DNA of 64,000 nt. Origin: a bacterium (GTDB lineage Bacteria; SAR324; NAC60-12). Numbering within the stretch: position 1 is the first letter of the stretch; each line of letters starts with the position of its first letter. Below are positions 1 to 12,081 of this stretch, piece after piece. The notes under the pieces are model-generated. The model searched no databases, was not told the DNA's origin, and saw only the letters and a program-made list of their open reading frames with translations. The stretch spans positions 21,025-85,024 of the forward strand of contig CBDDTI010000615.1 in the NCBI GenBank assembly GCA_965233585.1. The letters are read 5' to 3'. The position numbers were made by a program, and so were the translations under genes.

Positions 1-387
1 GCAAAATATCTAGTTGACTAATTCATTTATTACAATTATATATAATGAATCAATAAATATATAGTTATTGAATATGATGCATGTGCAAGTAATTATAAGA
101 AACTTACACATGCATAAGCATGCATTACTGATCAAGATTGCCACAAGTCTGAGGCCATGGTCAAGCTGAGCACCAATCCTACCCCACCAGAAACACCCTT
201 CAGTCCTCTGGAGCTAAGTGATCTCATGGTGCTGAGTGATTCCAGCATGCTCTTCAGCAGCACCATTGCTGAGAAAATCAACACAGTTGGATCTGAGCCT
301 TCACAAGCTTTGGTATATAACATCAAAACTAAGTAAAGATTTTCCAAAGGATGAGTTTCAGCCAACCAAAAAAACATGAATGATCAT

Positions 388-1962
388 GATACAAAATAGT
401 ATGGTTTGTTTGGGGGTACACTATTGTGTCCAGCTGCTTCCTGAGGTGTTTTTTTAACATTCTCTTTACCTTTTCCTTTGCTATTATTTTTTATTTTCTC
501 AATTAGTTTCTTTTATTTACAATTCTCAGAAATGCTCAATTTCTCAAAATATATGATGCCTTATTAAAACCCAATTAAAAAACATGACCCAAACAATTTT
601 TCAAGAGGGTAGTCCATGAGCAATCCTGATACACAATAGTATGGTTTGTTTGAGGGTACACTATTGTGTCCAGCTGCTTCCTGAGGTGATTTTTTTTTAA
701 CATTCCCTTTACATTTTCCTTTGCTAAAGTTTATGTCTTTTATTTTCTCAATTAATTTCTTTTATTTAGAATTCTCAGAAATGCTCAATTTCTCAAAATA
801 TATGATGCCTTATTAAAACCCAATTAAAAAACATGACCCAAACAATTTTTCAAGAGGGTAGTCCATGAGCAATCCTGATACACAATAGTATGGTTTGTTT
901 GAGGGTACACTATTGTGTCCAGCTGCTTCCTGAGGTGATTTTGTTTTTTAACATTCCCTTTACATTTTCCTTTGCTAAAGTTTATGTCTTTTATTTTCTC
1001 AATTACTTTCTTTTATTTAGAATTCTCAGAAATGCCTAATTTCCCAAAATATATGATGCCCTATTAAAACCCAATTAAAAAACATCACTCAAACAATTTT
1101 TCAAGGGGGTAGTCCATGAGCAACCCTGATACACAATAGTATGGTTTGTTTGAGGGTACACTATTGTGTCCAGCTGCTTCCTGAGGTTATTTTTTTTTCA
1201 AGCATTTCCTTTCCCTTTTCCTTTACTAAAGTTTGTTTCCTTTTACTTAGCTTCATTCTTCTTGGAATCAAAACCAAAGGCTTTCCAAAGGATTAGTTTC
1301 AGCCAACCAAAAAAAAACATGAATGATCCTGATACACAATAGTATGGTTTGTTTGAGGGTACACTATTGTGTCCAGCTGCTTCCTGAGGTGATTTTGTTT
1401 TTTTAACATTCCCTTTACATTTTCCTTTGCTAAAGTTTATGTCTTGTATTTTCTCAATTAGTTTCTTGTATTTAGAATTCTCAGAAATGCCTAATTTCCC
1501 AAAATATATGATGATACCTTATTAAAACCCAATTAATTTTCCTTTGCTAAAGTTTATTTCTTTTATTTTCTCAATTACCTTCTTTTATTTAGAATTCTCA
1601 GAAATGCTCAATTTCCCAAAATATATGATGCCTTATTAAAACCCAATTAAAAAACATCACTCAAACAATTTTTCAAGGGGGTAGTCCATGAGCAACCCTG
1701 ATACACAATAGTATGGTTTGTTTGAGGGTACACTATTGTGTCCAGCTGCTTCCTGAGGTTATATTTTTTTTCAAGCATTTCCTTTCCCTTTTCCTTTACT
1801 AAAGTTTGTTTCCTTTTACTTAGCTTCATTCTTCTTGGAATCAAAACCAAAGGCTTTCCAAAGGATTAGTTTCAGCCAAGCAAAAAAAACATGAATGATC
1901 CTGATACACAATAGTATGGTTTGTTTGAGGGTACACTATTGTGTCCAGCTTCTTCCTGAGGT
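388..1962. repeat. Tandem array 1: 7 copies of a ~60-bp core (GATACACAATAGTATGGTTTGTTTGAGGGTACACTATTGTGTCCAGCTGCTTCCTGAGGT)
   Basis: Core starts at ~388, 628, 877, 1128, 1331, 1700 and 1903. Periods are 240, 249, 251, 203, 369 and 203 bp. The intervening sequences fall into two recurring types. Confidence 0.95.
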
Positions 1963-2639
1963 GAAAAAACAATCATCCATCCAAGTAATTATTTTAAAGA
2001 ATATCAAATCTAAATTGATTCACATCTGCTAAATTCAATCTTAGTCCATGCTGCTAAGTTTAATCTCAGTAATTAATTAATTATCTTAGTGCTTGCAACT
2101 CTACCCAACCCCATCACTTTCCCAGCCATCTTTTGCCAGTGTGTCCTGCTGATAGTCACATGCTGAGACATTCAAAAATCATTAAGCCTTGCTTAGCTCA
2201 ATGTAAAAAAAATCACTCAAGCTTGCTGAAGACCTTAATGCTGAGTGAGGTAGGCAGAACGCTGAGGTCCTGTCAGGGACAAGAAACTGATAGCAAAACT
2301 GAAAGACCCATTATTTGACACTAAACTCAGTGATGTTAATGTCCAACATTACCCATTACTTATGCTAAAGTAATCAATTAATTAACTAAATAATTAATTA
2401 ATTATTAATTCATTAATTAGTTAATTAAGTAATTAACTAATTAATTAATTAATCAATTATTCTAAACTGCAACAACAACCAGCAGCAGTGGCAAAACCAC
2501 CCACATCACTTCAGAGCTGCACTCATTTTTTTCTGCCAGCTAAGCAATTCTTCACAATGCCTCTGGTATAATTACTCAGGAAGTGACTAAGGCTTCTAAT
2601 TAACTATATATCTGCTCAGCAGTCATGCACCTGAGTTAA

Positions 2640-3347
2640 TTATACATCCACAACTTCCTTCACTGAGTCCTGAGGCTTGTGATCAATCTGAGGAGCTTTT
2701 TGCATCAGCTGTTTGACATCTAGTTCACTCATTTGATGAGTTTCCATGAACTTTCTCAGAGCTACCTTATTCACAAGATCCTGAGACAGCTTCTGCTCCC
2801 AGTACAACTGAGCTCTGTTCACATTCAGTTGAAGCTCAGCATGCAAAGCCCTGAGCTCACCTTGCTCCTCTTCCATGTTCTTAGCATCTTTCCTGAGCCT
2901 AAGCATTGTGAGCTCCTGAGATTCAAGTGCCTGCTCAAGTAGAAGAATCTTGGACTTCATGTCCTCAATCAGGTCAGGTACATTGTCCAAGTCACTGAGC
3001 TTCTGATCTGATTCTGAGTTGTCCAGGAGCTTGTCAATCTCATTGATGTTCAGCTTTTGGAGCTCAGACTTGACATAGCCCTGAGCATCATTGGCAGTCC
3101 TGATAGGCTGAGGCTTCCAAACTGAGCTTCTCTGCATATTTGATAAAGCAGCATCTAGCACATCGAAGGGCTGATGAGGTCTGCCTGAGCCCTTCCCTGT
3201 TGATGAAGAAGCAGTTGCTGCTGAGAATCCAGCTGGTGCATCAGGCTCAGGAGGCTTGAACTGAGCTTGTCTGAACTGAGGAGCTACAAATGCACCCCAA
3301 GGCAATGGGTCCATTCTGAGCACCTCAGTGTAATATCTTTGAATCAC
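2640..3347 (-). CDS. Orphan protein (235 aa ORF) with a coiled-coil C-terminal half; probably the last exon of a gene that also includes 3438-3815
   Basis: Long non-repetitive ORF in AT-rich context, with a heptad-like E/K/L/Q-rich segment. A minus-strand CTGCAG|G acceptor candidate lies near 3372. Confidence 0.6.
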   Translation of the reverse strand: MIQRYYTEVLRMDPLPWGAFVAPQFRQAQFKPPEPDAPAGFSAATASSSTGKGSGRPHQPFDVLDAALSNMQRSSVWKPQPIRTANDAQGYVKSELQKLNINEIDKLLDNSESDQKLSDLDNVPDLIEDMKSKILLLEQALESQELTMLRLRKDAKNMEEEQGELRALHAELQLNVNRAQLYWEQKLSQDLVNKVALRKFMETHQMSELDVKQLMQKAPQIDHKPQDSVKEVVDV

Positions 3348-3437
3348 TTCCTGAGACCAGCCATTGTGTTCCTGCAGGGTTGCAAATGGTGTCCATGAAA
3401 AAATGACAACTATATCAGTTAATTAATGCTCATTGTC

Positions 3438-3815
3438 CTATGCTAAAACACACACACCAACAAAAAAAATCATCCATTTGTTCAACCCAGGCACAGAGCA
3501 TTCTCTACATCCTGATTGCCAGGGAATTCTGCTGAGGAAGACTGTGTGGCCATTGCCACAGTCAGCCTTAGGCTCCCTAAGGTATCTAGGATACTCCACA
3601 ATGTTTTCTGAGTCCAAGTTGTTGAAGAGTGCTAAGCATGAGGGTTCCTGAGGTGGATCATTGGACTGAAGCTGGTAGCGCCCTTGGCCACCCCTCTGAG
3701 CCCACAAAACTCCATCTGGCACCTCAGCAGGCTTCTCTTCAAACATAGGATGAGGTTTGCCTGAGCCTCTCCCATGATAGTCAAAGAAAGACATGGCTGA
3801 GATGATATGGAGCAA
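3438..3815 (-). CDS. Orphan ORF or exon with a Cys-containing segment (C-x2-H...C-x2-C)
   Basis: 125-aa ORF with coding-like composition, containing DCGNGH...GCRECS. Confidence 0.4.
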   Translation of the reverse strand: MLHIISAMSFFDYHGRGSGKPHPMFEEKPAEVPDGVLWAQRGGQGRYQLQSNDPPQEPSCLALFNNLDSENIVEYPRYLREPKADCGNGHTVFLSRIPWQSGCRECSVPGLNKWMIFFVGVCVLA

Positions 3816-4070
3816 AAGTTGATTAGTCCTTGCCCTTAGATTTGAGCCTTAAAAAGCTGAGGAATCACATAGACATGCACAAATATGAACATGCTACAAC
3901 TTCATTGGTTAATTAATTAGCTAATTACTCAATTATAAGAAACTTAAACATGCATAAGCATGCTAACTAATTAATTAATTGATTAATTAATTAATCAAAA
4001 TTGCCAAAAGTCTAAGATTATGTCCAAGCTGAGCACTAATCCCACACCACCAGAAACACCCTTCAGTCCT

Positions 4071-4709
4071 CTAGGGCTCTTCAGTCTTGGCCTTCTTGGA
4101 CTTGGGCTCAGCATCTGAGGATGGATCTGATGCTGAATCATCACTGCTCATAGGCTGAGAGTCTAAGACCTGAGAATCATCAGCCAGCTCCTGGGACCCA
4201 AAGGGTGTATCTGATGGTGCTTCATCATCACTCCCCATAGGCTGAGAGTCTAAGACCTGAGAGTCCTTAGCCACCTCCATCACCTCATGGTCAGGCTGTG
4301 CATTCAACTCCTTTTCCATATCCTGAAACTTGCTGAGGGTAGCATCATCAAATGTATCAGACTTAGCAGGTTGGGCAGGCTGGGCAGGCTGAGGAAGAGG
4401 GATACACTCTGATGGCCAACCATCCTGAGCATCCTGAAGAGCTGTCTTGAGAATCCTAATCCATTGCCCCTGAGTGATCTTTGGGTAACCCTTGAAGTCT
4501 TTGAAGATCTGACTGAGTTCATTCCTGAAACTGAGCATCACCCAATCAGGCACAGCATCAGGATCCTCAAGCTGAACCAACTGCTGAGTGTAGTACTTCT
4601 GCAGCATGTCCACAAACTGTTCCTGAGAGCACCTGAGCTCCACCTTGATGTCAGCCATCTCAGCTGTCAGAGCCACCACCTTCATGGAGTTGCTTAAAGA
4701 ACCACCCAA
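4071..4709 (-). CDS. Orphan acidic protein (212 aa ORF) with a duplicated DSQVLDSQPMxSDD motif and a basic C-terminal tail
   Basis: Long ORF flanked by TAATTAATT-rich spacers, ending in PKSKKAK (NLS-like). Confidence 0.6.
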   Translation of the reverse strand: MGGSLSNSMKVVALTAEMADIKVELRCSQEQFVDMLQKYYTQQLVQLEDPDAVPDWVMLSFRNELSQIFKDFKGYPKITQGQWIRILKTALQDAQDGWPSECIPLPQPAQPAQPAKSDTFDDATLSKFQDMEKELNAQPDHEVMEVAKDSQVLDSQPMGSDDEAPSDTPFGSQELADDSQVLDSQPMSSDDSASDPSSDAEPKSKKAKTEEP

Positions 4710-5184
4710 AAATATAACTCATTGCTAATTAACCATTTAACTAATTAATTAATGGATTTCCCATTGGGAAACAAAAAACAAATCCAAGCCTTAGGACTCA
4801 AAGAGAATTTCTCCAGAGTCAGGATATTCCTGAGGTTGGAAAACCATTCCACAAGATGATAATTGTAGTCCTTCCTGAGCTTGTCCATCTCAGTGTTGAA
4901 TTGCTCCATGGCTGAGCTGATGGGATGCAAAGAAGCTGGCTAGAATGGGCTTGAGCCTTCACAAGCAAAGAAATAAATCCCCCCATGTGAGATGAAAATG
5001 GATTGAAATCAAATGAAAAGCAATTCCTTGTTAATTAATAAATTAAGTTGAAATCAATTCAAAGTGAAGTGAAAATCAATTGAAAAACAATTTAATTAAA
5101 CAAATTGAAAATCAATCGAAATTAATTTGAAATCATTTGAAATCAATTGAACATCAGTTGAAAATGAATTGAAATCAATTGAAA

Positions 5185-5762
5185 TCAAAACCAAAGGCTT
5201 TCCAAAGGATGAGTTTCAGCCAAGCAAAAAAAAACATGAATGATCATAATACACAATAGTATGGTTTGTTTGAGGGTACACTATTGTGTCCAGCTGCTTC
5301 CTGAGGTTATGTTTTTTTTCAAGCATTTCCTTTCCCTTTTCCTTTACTAAAGTTTGTTTCCTTTTACTTAGCTTCATTCTTCTTGGAATCAAAACCAAAG
5401 GCTTTCCAAAGGATTAGTTTCAGCCAAGCAAAAAAAACATGAATGATCCTGATACACAATAGTATGGTTTGTTTGAGGGTACACTATTGTGTCCAGCTGC
5501 TTCCTGAGGTGATTTTGTTTTTTTAACATTCCCTTTACATTTTCCTTTGCTAAAGTTTATGTCTTTTATTTTCTCAATTACTTTCTTTTATTTAGAATTC
5601 TCAGAAATGCTCAATTTCCCAAAATATATGATGCCTTATTAAAACCCAATTAAAAAACATCACTCAAACAATTTTTCAAGGGGGTAGTCCATGAGCAACC
5701 CTGATACACAATAGTATGGTTTGTTTGAGGGTACACTATTGTGTCCAGCTGCTTCCTGAGGT
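5185..5762. repeat. Tandem array 2: 3 more copies of the 60-bp core with the same two spacer types
   Basis: Cores at ~5248, 5451 and 5703; near-identical to parts of 880-1960. Confidence 0.95.
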
Positions 5763-5780
5763 GATTGTTTTTTCTTTTAC

Positions 5781-5992
5781 TTGAAAGTAAATTGAAATCA
5801 ATTCAAAATAAATTGAAATCAATTGAAAGTAAATTGAAATCATTTCAAAATAAATTGAAATCAATTGAAAGTAAATTGAAATCAATTCAAAATAAATTGA
5901 AATCAATTGAAAGTAAATTGAAATCATTTCAAAATAAATTGAAATCAATTGAAAGTAAATTGAAATCAATTCAAAATAAATTGAAATCAATT
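5781..5992. repeat. Minisatellite of AATTGAAATCAATT-type units (33/66-bp higher-order period); degenerate copy at ~5045-5190
   Basis: Directly visible tandem periodicity. Confidence 0.95.
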
Positions 5993-6142
5993 TAAATCTA
6001 TCATTTTTTTTAATATCACACTATTCTGTACCCGTCACCTTCTTTTTTCCACACTATTCTGTATCCTAGATTTGTTTGGGGGGGGTCCCCTGTACTAATC
6101 TGTAACCTACATTATTCGAAAAGAGAGTCTTTGCCTTTCAGC

Positions 6143-7560
6143 TCATGCAACCTTCTCGCCTTGCCTCTGGCGATTGATTTTTCCGATCATGGCCTCTTCT
6201 GTGCCTGGTGGTATACCTGCACTGAAAGGTAAACTGGATGGGTCTGCCCTTTCCTCAACATTCTCAATTGCTTCTTCGACCAAAACCGGCGGCAACGACG
6301 GTGTCATTGGAGCAATGGATGAAGGGGGCAATGCAGGTGTTGGAGGCATTGAAACAGCTGGACTCAAGGGTGATCTCTGTCTTCCCTCGGATGCAATCTT
6401 GTCTGCACGAATCAAACTAGTGAATCTTGCTTTGCATGCAGCGTTATGAACACCTCCAGCATTTTCGCAAGCCTTACAACCAGGTGAAGCACCCTATCGA
6501 ATCAACCTATCTAAGGTTATGTACTCATTCCGTTCTCTAGGTGTCGCACTGGATGGCAGCGATGAAAATGGAACATCAATGTTTGGCACACCTTCTAATT
6601 TCAAACCACCAAACTCAGCCAGTGCTGCTTGTGAAGCTGTGAACAAAGGCATGATTGGATCACCCTCCGGAATGAAAACCTCTTCAAAAGGAACGCTAAC
6701 GGGAACATTATAACCTGGAGTCTTATCTTGAAGGGATTTATAATCCAACACCAAGTGCACTCCTTTGAAGTGCGGTCCCGTATCGAGTCGATAGCCCGGA
6801 AAGATTGCGGGTTTGGCATTTGCTTGGAACTTTTGCTGATTCAAATCACGAATGTAAACAAGCTGACCCAAGAGGATATCCCTGCCCGTCCAAGGTTTGC
6901 CTGTCGCAAGCTCCAATCTGGTCACTTCAGGGTGTCTTGTGGAAGCATGAGATCATGAATGCTGCATGCGACACTGACAGTGTCCAGAGGTCCTGAAACA
7001 TGTGGAAACCTGCTTGTAAGTGGACAGCCCGAGTGATTTCTTCTATTGTTCTCAGCTCCCATTCCAACTTGGCATTGTGGGGCCAGCGGTTCTCGAGTGT
7101 TGGCTCGTGTTGAAAACCAAGTTGTGAGCATGATGCATGGAATTCATGTGCTCGATCACTCTTAACCATAATGGACGGCTGCTTATGATAAATCGGTCCT
7201 AGAAATGCCAAAAGATGCTTATTGATGTTCTCACTGCTTCTGGATCCAAGCGGAAATGCTCGAACAAAACCACTGAATTCATCGCGAACAACAAGGACAA
7301 CATTGTCTCGACCTTCGGTCCTGGACTTCGATACGATGATGAAATCACATGCCAACCGTTCGCCAAAAGCAGTAACTTCTGGAAGCATCCCTCTCGACTC
7401 AAGCGGATCATGTCTCTTTGAAAAAGGTCCGCCTACGGTACATACGACTCCTTTGACATACTTCACATGTGGGATTCTTAGGTATGTGCAATCTTTTGTG
7501 TTCAATTGATGCAGCATCTTGCAAAAGTCTGGTATACCTATCTTTTGGTTCTAGGTCCCC
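6143..7560 (-). pseudogene. Retroviral-type integrase (HHCC + DDE core + C-terminal region), frameshifted
   Basis: EHKRLHIPKNPTCEVC (HHCC); FGERLACDFII (D); VLVVRDEFSG; MVKSDRAHEF (D); PHNAKLE (E). Several frameshifts and stops. Confidence 0.9.
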
Positions 7561-8411
7561 GTCTTCAGAGTCCGCATCACCACCAGGATCATCAACGATT
7601 GGAACCTCAGATGGTTGGGGCTTTTCATTGGAAGGTCCATCTCCATGCGCTGCATCGACAGCAGGAAGCCCAAAAGAATATGGTGCCTCGAATTGCATGG
7701 TTTCAGAGAAAATTGGAACGTGATCATCGACTTTGTCGGCCACAAACAATCTTTCTGAATCTGCTGCAAGCTGAACTGCGTCCACATCTAATCCAAAGAA
7801 AGGCAGCTGGCCTGGGAGCCACACAAACGGTTTGCCTGACTCAACAATCTGTCCCAATGATCTCACCAAAGGACAGGACTGCGGACTGCATGACACGGAA
7901 TGAGGCGTCACCGAATTTGCTACCATTTGCATTGATCGACGTGTTGCTATTTACGCATCCATTACCAGTTTCAAACTTGACGCTTTGCGTACTTTGCAGA
8001 AACTGATTCAGACTTTGTCTTGGGATGCCCTGATCCTGAAAAGCTTTCATGGATGCTAGGTCACGGCCTGCTCCGGAGTCGGCTATCCAAGATATTTCAT
8101 ACACACCCCTTTCATCATGTTGTGCTATCATCGCATGTTGGTATGACAAAACAGCAGGCAAACCTTGGGATGCTCCCGAGGGAGCAAACACCAAGGGACC
8201 ATCAAGGGATTGCTGCACAGACTTGGTCAAACATGTCAAGGCTGCGATGCACTTGAAGAATGGCTGGAACCGTCTAGCACAAGCTACAATAGTATGCTTA
8301 AACCTCTCAAGAATGGAAGTTGACCATGTGCACTCTGATCGAACCTCCGATGCCGATGCCTTTGACAACGACGAAGCAACAACTATGGCGGCGGTGGCCT
8401 TAGAAGCTGCA
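7561..8411 (-). pseudogene. Copia-type aspartic protease region of pol
   Basis: WIADSGAGRDL at ~8058-8088 matches the copia W-x-x-D-S-G-A motif. It is followed by FETGNG and a frameshifted ...LSxGQIVESG segment. Confidence 0.8.
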
Positions 8412-10966
8412 TTAAATGGCATTGGAACCTGCTGACCCCCCTGATGCTCCACCCTTTGGGTTTGTTGTTGGTGCACCTTTTGCGGCAGCGGCTGACGCCT
8501 TTGGCACAGCCTTAGGATCATGAAAAAATGGACATTCATTTCCTCTATTACTAGGTCCTTTGGGCCAGAAAATGCATGGAAGACTTTGTGTATTTGGCTT
8601 GGGCTTTGCCTTCGCCTTGGCATCTCCTTTACCAGTGTCTTTTCCTTTGGAATCCAACTTTGTCGGGACACTTGGGCCATTTTGATTTCCTTTGGAAGAA
8701 CCCTTTGGGTTGGTTGCAGGTTTGGGTTTTGGTTTTGCCTTCGGCTTTGCCTTGGCTGCTGCAGCATTTGCTGTAGCATCCTCATCCGCGCCTGCTTGTG
8801 CAACAGTACCTTTAGGCTTTGCCTTGGCCTTTGCCTGTGTTTGCAATGCCGTTCTGATTGACTCTTCGTTTTGGTCTTCCTTCATTTCCAACAACGTGGT
8901 CTTCAGTTTATTGAAAAGCCAATCCCAACATCTGACGTGAGACGTTTGTTTGGAATCTTTGATTCTGTCAACGTGTCTCTGCATCAGTCTTACTTTCTTT
9001 AATCGTGAGTACAACCATGTCTATCGTGTCAACTCTGATGGCTGCAAATCAGGAGGGATTGAATTGAGAACGAACTCAATGCGATCAACAAAGGTGCGGA
9101 GGCCTTCATAAGTATATATGCGCTGATGTCGAGCTCTAACAAGCTTTGCTGTGTCAGATTGGCTCCACGGCTCAAGTCTAAGAAGAATCTCCTGGCCACC
9201 ATGTTGAGCAAAACCCTTCCTAATGGCGCCCTACCCCGCAACTACTCTTTCTCAGCATAGGCCTGAAATTGTAAACCCAATTCACCTCGGAGATGTTTGG
9301 GCTCCATCAGCTGACTGGCAAGGTATGCATCAAGACGAGGCATTTCCAGAGAAGTCTGCTCTAAGTACTTTACTGAAACATCTGCTGAGAAGGATTCCAG
9401 CAACCAAGTCATGATACGGTTCTCACCTGTCTTGTCAATTGATGTGGCTTTGGTAAGAAAGGAGTTGCGCCAACCACGGAACTGCGCGGCATCATTGGGG
9501 AGTGTTGGCACTGACACTGGTTGCAGGTCTTTTGTTTTATACATGGACGACTCATCATTGATTCTATCAGAACCTGCACCGACCGACCGAAGACCATCTT
9601 GCCTACGAGCTATTGGGCTTCCTCCAACCCCACTGCCATCACCTGGATTACTAGGCCACGATGGATCATGAGTACTAGGTGGAGTATTACCCACCTTTCC
9701 TCTGCCTGGGTCACTAGATCTGGATGACGTGGATGATGATGGGGTTCCCGGCTGTCCTGGCGGCCGAGGTTTCTTCGGTGACATGTTCATGAAATATGGT
9801 GGAACATACCCTGCACATGCGGATTGGTTTGGCGAAACATACGGGGATGCTGCATGGACCGATGCATGAGGGGAAACGACCGGCGACCCTGCTGGAAACT
9901 GGTTCTGGCTGACTGGGATGACTGGAGTGGCAATGTTATATTGACTAGGCGTGGCAAATTGCGATGAACTATGCATCAAGGATTTCCTTTGTTGGTTATC
10001 CTCTTTCAACTGCCGTACCTCATTTCTCAATGCCGAGATGCAATCCAACAAGTCTGATTGATCCGTGCCATTTTGGGGAACGATTGGTGGACTTGATTGA
10101 TGATGGACTATGGTCAATTGATGTTGCAATGACATGACCACTGCTTGCATTTCTTGAAACCGATCCCTTTGCTCAGCCAATTCATTTTGTTGGGATTCCA
10201 ACTTCTCAAGCAAAGTCTGGCTATATTGTTCCGATTGTTGTAACTTCAAACCCAATTCTCCATGTGCTAAGTTTGCCGAATGCTGGATCCTAGAAATCTC
10301 TTCTTGGTGCTTCGCATTCAACTGTGCTACATGGGCTGAAGCTTCTGAGTGAATTTGCGATACCCTGTGTTCAGCACCCATCACACTAACCTCTGCGACC
10401 CTTTGAGCTTCTTGGGATTGATGATGGTATTGGGCAACCGCATTGTAAGCTTCTGCACGAACTTGGGATTCACGAGCATGTGCAACTGCAGAATTAACAC
10501 CAACACTCAAAACATTCAGCTGCTGTTGAGTGCGATGATCATGATAAGTCTGTTCGACATGTTCTGATCTTTGATCAAAATTGTCAGCTTCCATTTGAAC
10601 ATCCATTTGTACATCCATGCGATTCATTGGAACAGATTGTGGAAATGATCCTAGTCCCCGATGAGATGCATCCCCGCTGGAACTACCCCGTTGGATACCT
10701 AATGGTGGTAGTGAGGCACGACTGGAACTGCTAGAAGAGCGACTTGCAGGTTTACCAATCTTCCTAACACTAAGGGCTTTGCTCCTAGATGGTTCATCAC
10801 AAATCTCGGGTGATGTGGACGAAACCTGAAGGGAAGTCTCGGGACTCTCTGCTCCTGGAACCATGGATGAGGATATCTCACTGATTTGTGGCATGTTATA
10901 TGCTCTTTCAAGGTATGAACTCAACTTAGCAAAATGCCGGACCCTAAGAATTGTTTTGCAAATCAA
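8412..10966 (-). pseudogene. gag-like polyprotein (coiled coil, Pro/Ser-rich linker, capsid-like region, degenerate CCCH finger), split by frameshifts
   Basis: ORFs 9242-10966, 9029-9241 and 8412-9014 abut. Motifs are LPNDAAQFRGWRN and CIFWPKGPSNRGNECPFFH (CCCH-like, second Cys lost). The region lies directly upstream of the protease. Confidence 0.75.
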
Positions 10967-11161
10967 AGAGGGTTCAAAACCAAGAAGCCAATATTGCTTA
11001 TTTGTTAATGTGAGGATGCACCCTGGTCAGCGCAAACACTCACTTTATAGCGCTCGATTTTCGAGTTTGCGGTGTGATACCTAGGAAGACACTCGGATTC
11101 GACAAGCTTAGCAAGGACTCACAAGTGAATATCCAGTGGAGGATGCAATGGATAAGCAGAA

Positions 11162-11222
11162 TTACTGGCTCTCTTTGAGACGATACTTGGTACAGACGTC
11201 CTGGATCGCGTCCACAATGTTC
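11162..11222 (-). pseudogene. Detached C-terminus (QNIVDAIQDVCTKYRLKESQ*) of the HAD-like ORF
   Basis: Removing 11225-22477 plus one TG copy joins ...VTGVDWY in frame to QNIVDAIQ...ESQ, ending at TAA (11162-11164). Confidence 0.85.
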
Positions 11223-11224
11223 TG

Positions 11225-11470
11225 CCCTGAAGATGAGGTTAGGTTAAAAAGGTGCTTTTAGGCTATTTTGAAAAAATAGTTAACTTTCTGCCTATTAGGT
11301 AGATCATGTTTAACCTTGAAAAGGTTATTTGATCAAATAACCTTTAACTATTTTCAAGGTTATTCATACAATTTACCTTTTTTTTGAAGGTTATTTGTAC
11401 AAGTTACCTTTTGTTTTCAAAGGTTATTCATACAACTTACCTTTTTTCCCAAGGTTATTTATATCATTTA
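11225..11470 (+). repeat. Left TIR and subterminal AAGGTTATT/TTACCTT repeats
   Basis: Reverse complement of 22234-22477. Confidence 0.95.
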
Positions 11471-12081
11471 CCTTCTCTTTGCAATGGATGTGTTTGCTTC
11501 TATGCTCATGTCAACACAAGCCAGTGACAGCACACATGTATTGCTTTGAGCTTTTCTGTTTGAGCAAGTGAACACTTTTCCCCAACAGTGTTCCTTAGAA
11601 TATATGAGTGGCTGTTCTTTTTGGGGGGCAGGTGAAAGTTATTTGAAAGATGTATGAGATTTGTTTGAGAGTTGTTTGAGAGTCATGTGAGAGTTATTTG
11701 AGAGTTATTTGTAAGTTATTGGAGAGTTTTTGGAGAGTCATGTGAGAAATGTTGGAGGGTTATTGGAAAATTATTGGAGAGTTGTTTGACAGGCCAGCCC
11801 AACTTCTGTAGCTGCTGTTGTCAGAACTTCTGTGAAGCTGTGGTGAAGTCATGTGTCTTTGCTGTGAAATTTCTAAAAGACCTGTGTCTGCTGTGCATTC
11901 AAGGCTCTGTCTTCACAGTGACAAGAAGTTAGTGTGGCATGTGAGAACAACAGAACACTAGAAAAAGAAGAGCATGTGTGTCTTCATTTTCTGGGCTGGA
12001 GGCCCAAGGCACAACAATCATGGCACAAGAATGGAAACATATCATTGACGCGTTTTTGCACCCTCTTTTGTGGCTTCAGCC

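Larger units (their letters stand above)
1..6112. mobile_element. Right end of an unclassified, CpG-depleted large insertion element (other end outside the window)
   Basis: Only a handful of CpGs by eye in 6 kb, versus many from ~6113 onward. The copia pol-like frame (...LKGKDSLFE on the minus strand) stops abruptly at ~6113. Subterminal CACACTATTCTGTA occurs twice (6017-6063) and resembles the array repeat. Confidence 0.6.

Noticed and set aside
388..1962. CRISPR array (palindromic repeat with spacers)
   Set aside because: Spacers are 140-310 bp and themselves repeated, there are no cas-like ORFs, and the context is eukaryotic.
5736..5995. LKSIQNK coiled-coil-like ORFs
   Set aside because: Product of a 33-bp minisatellite.
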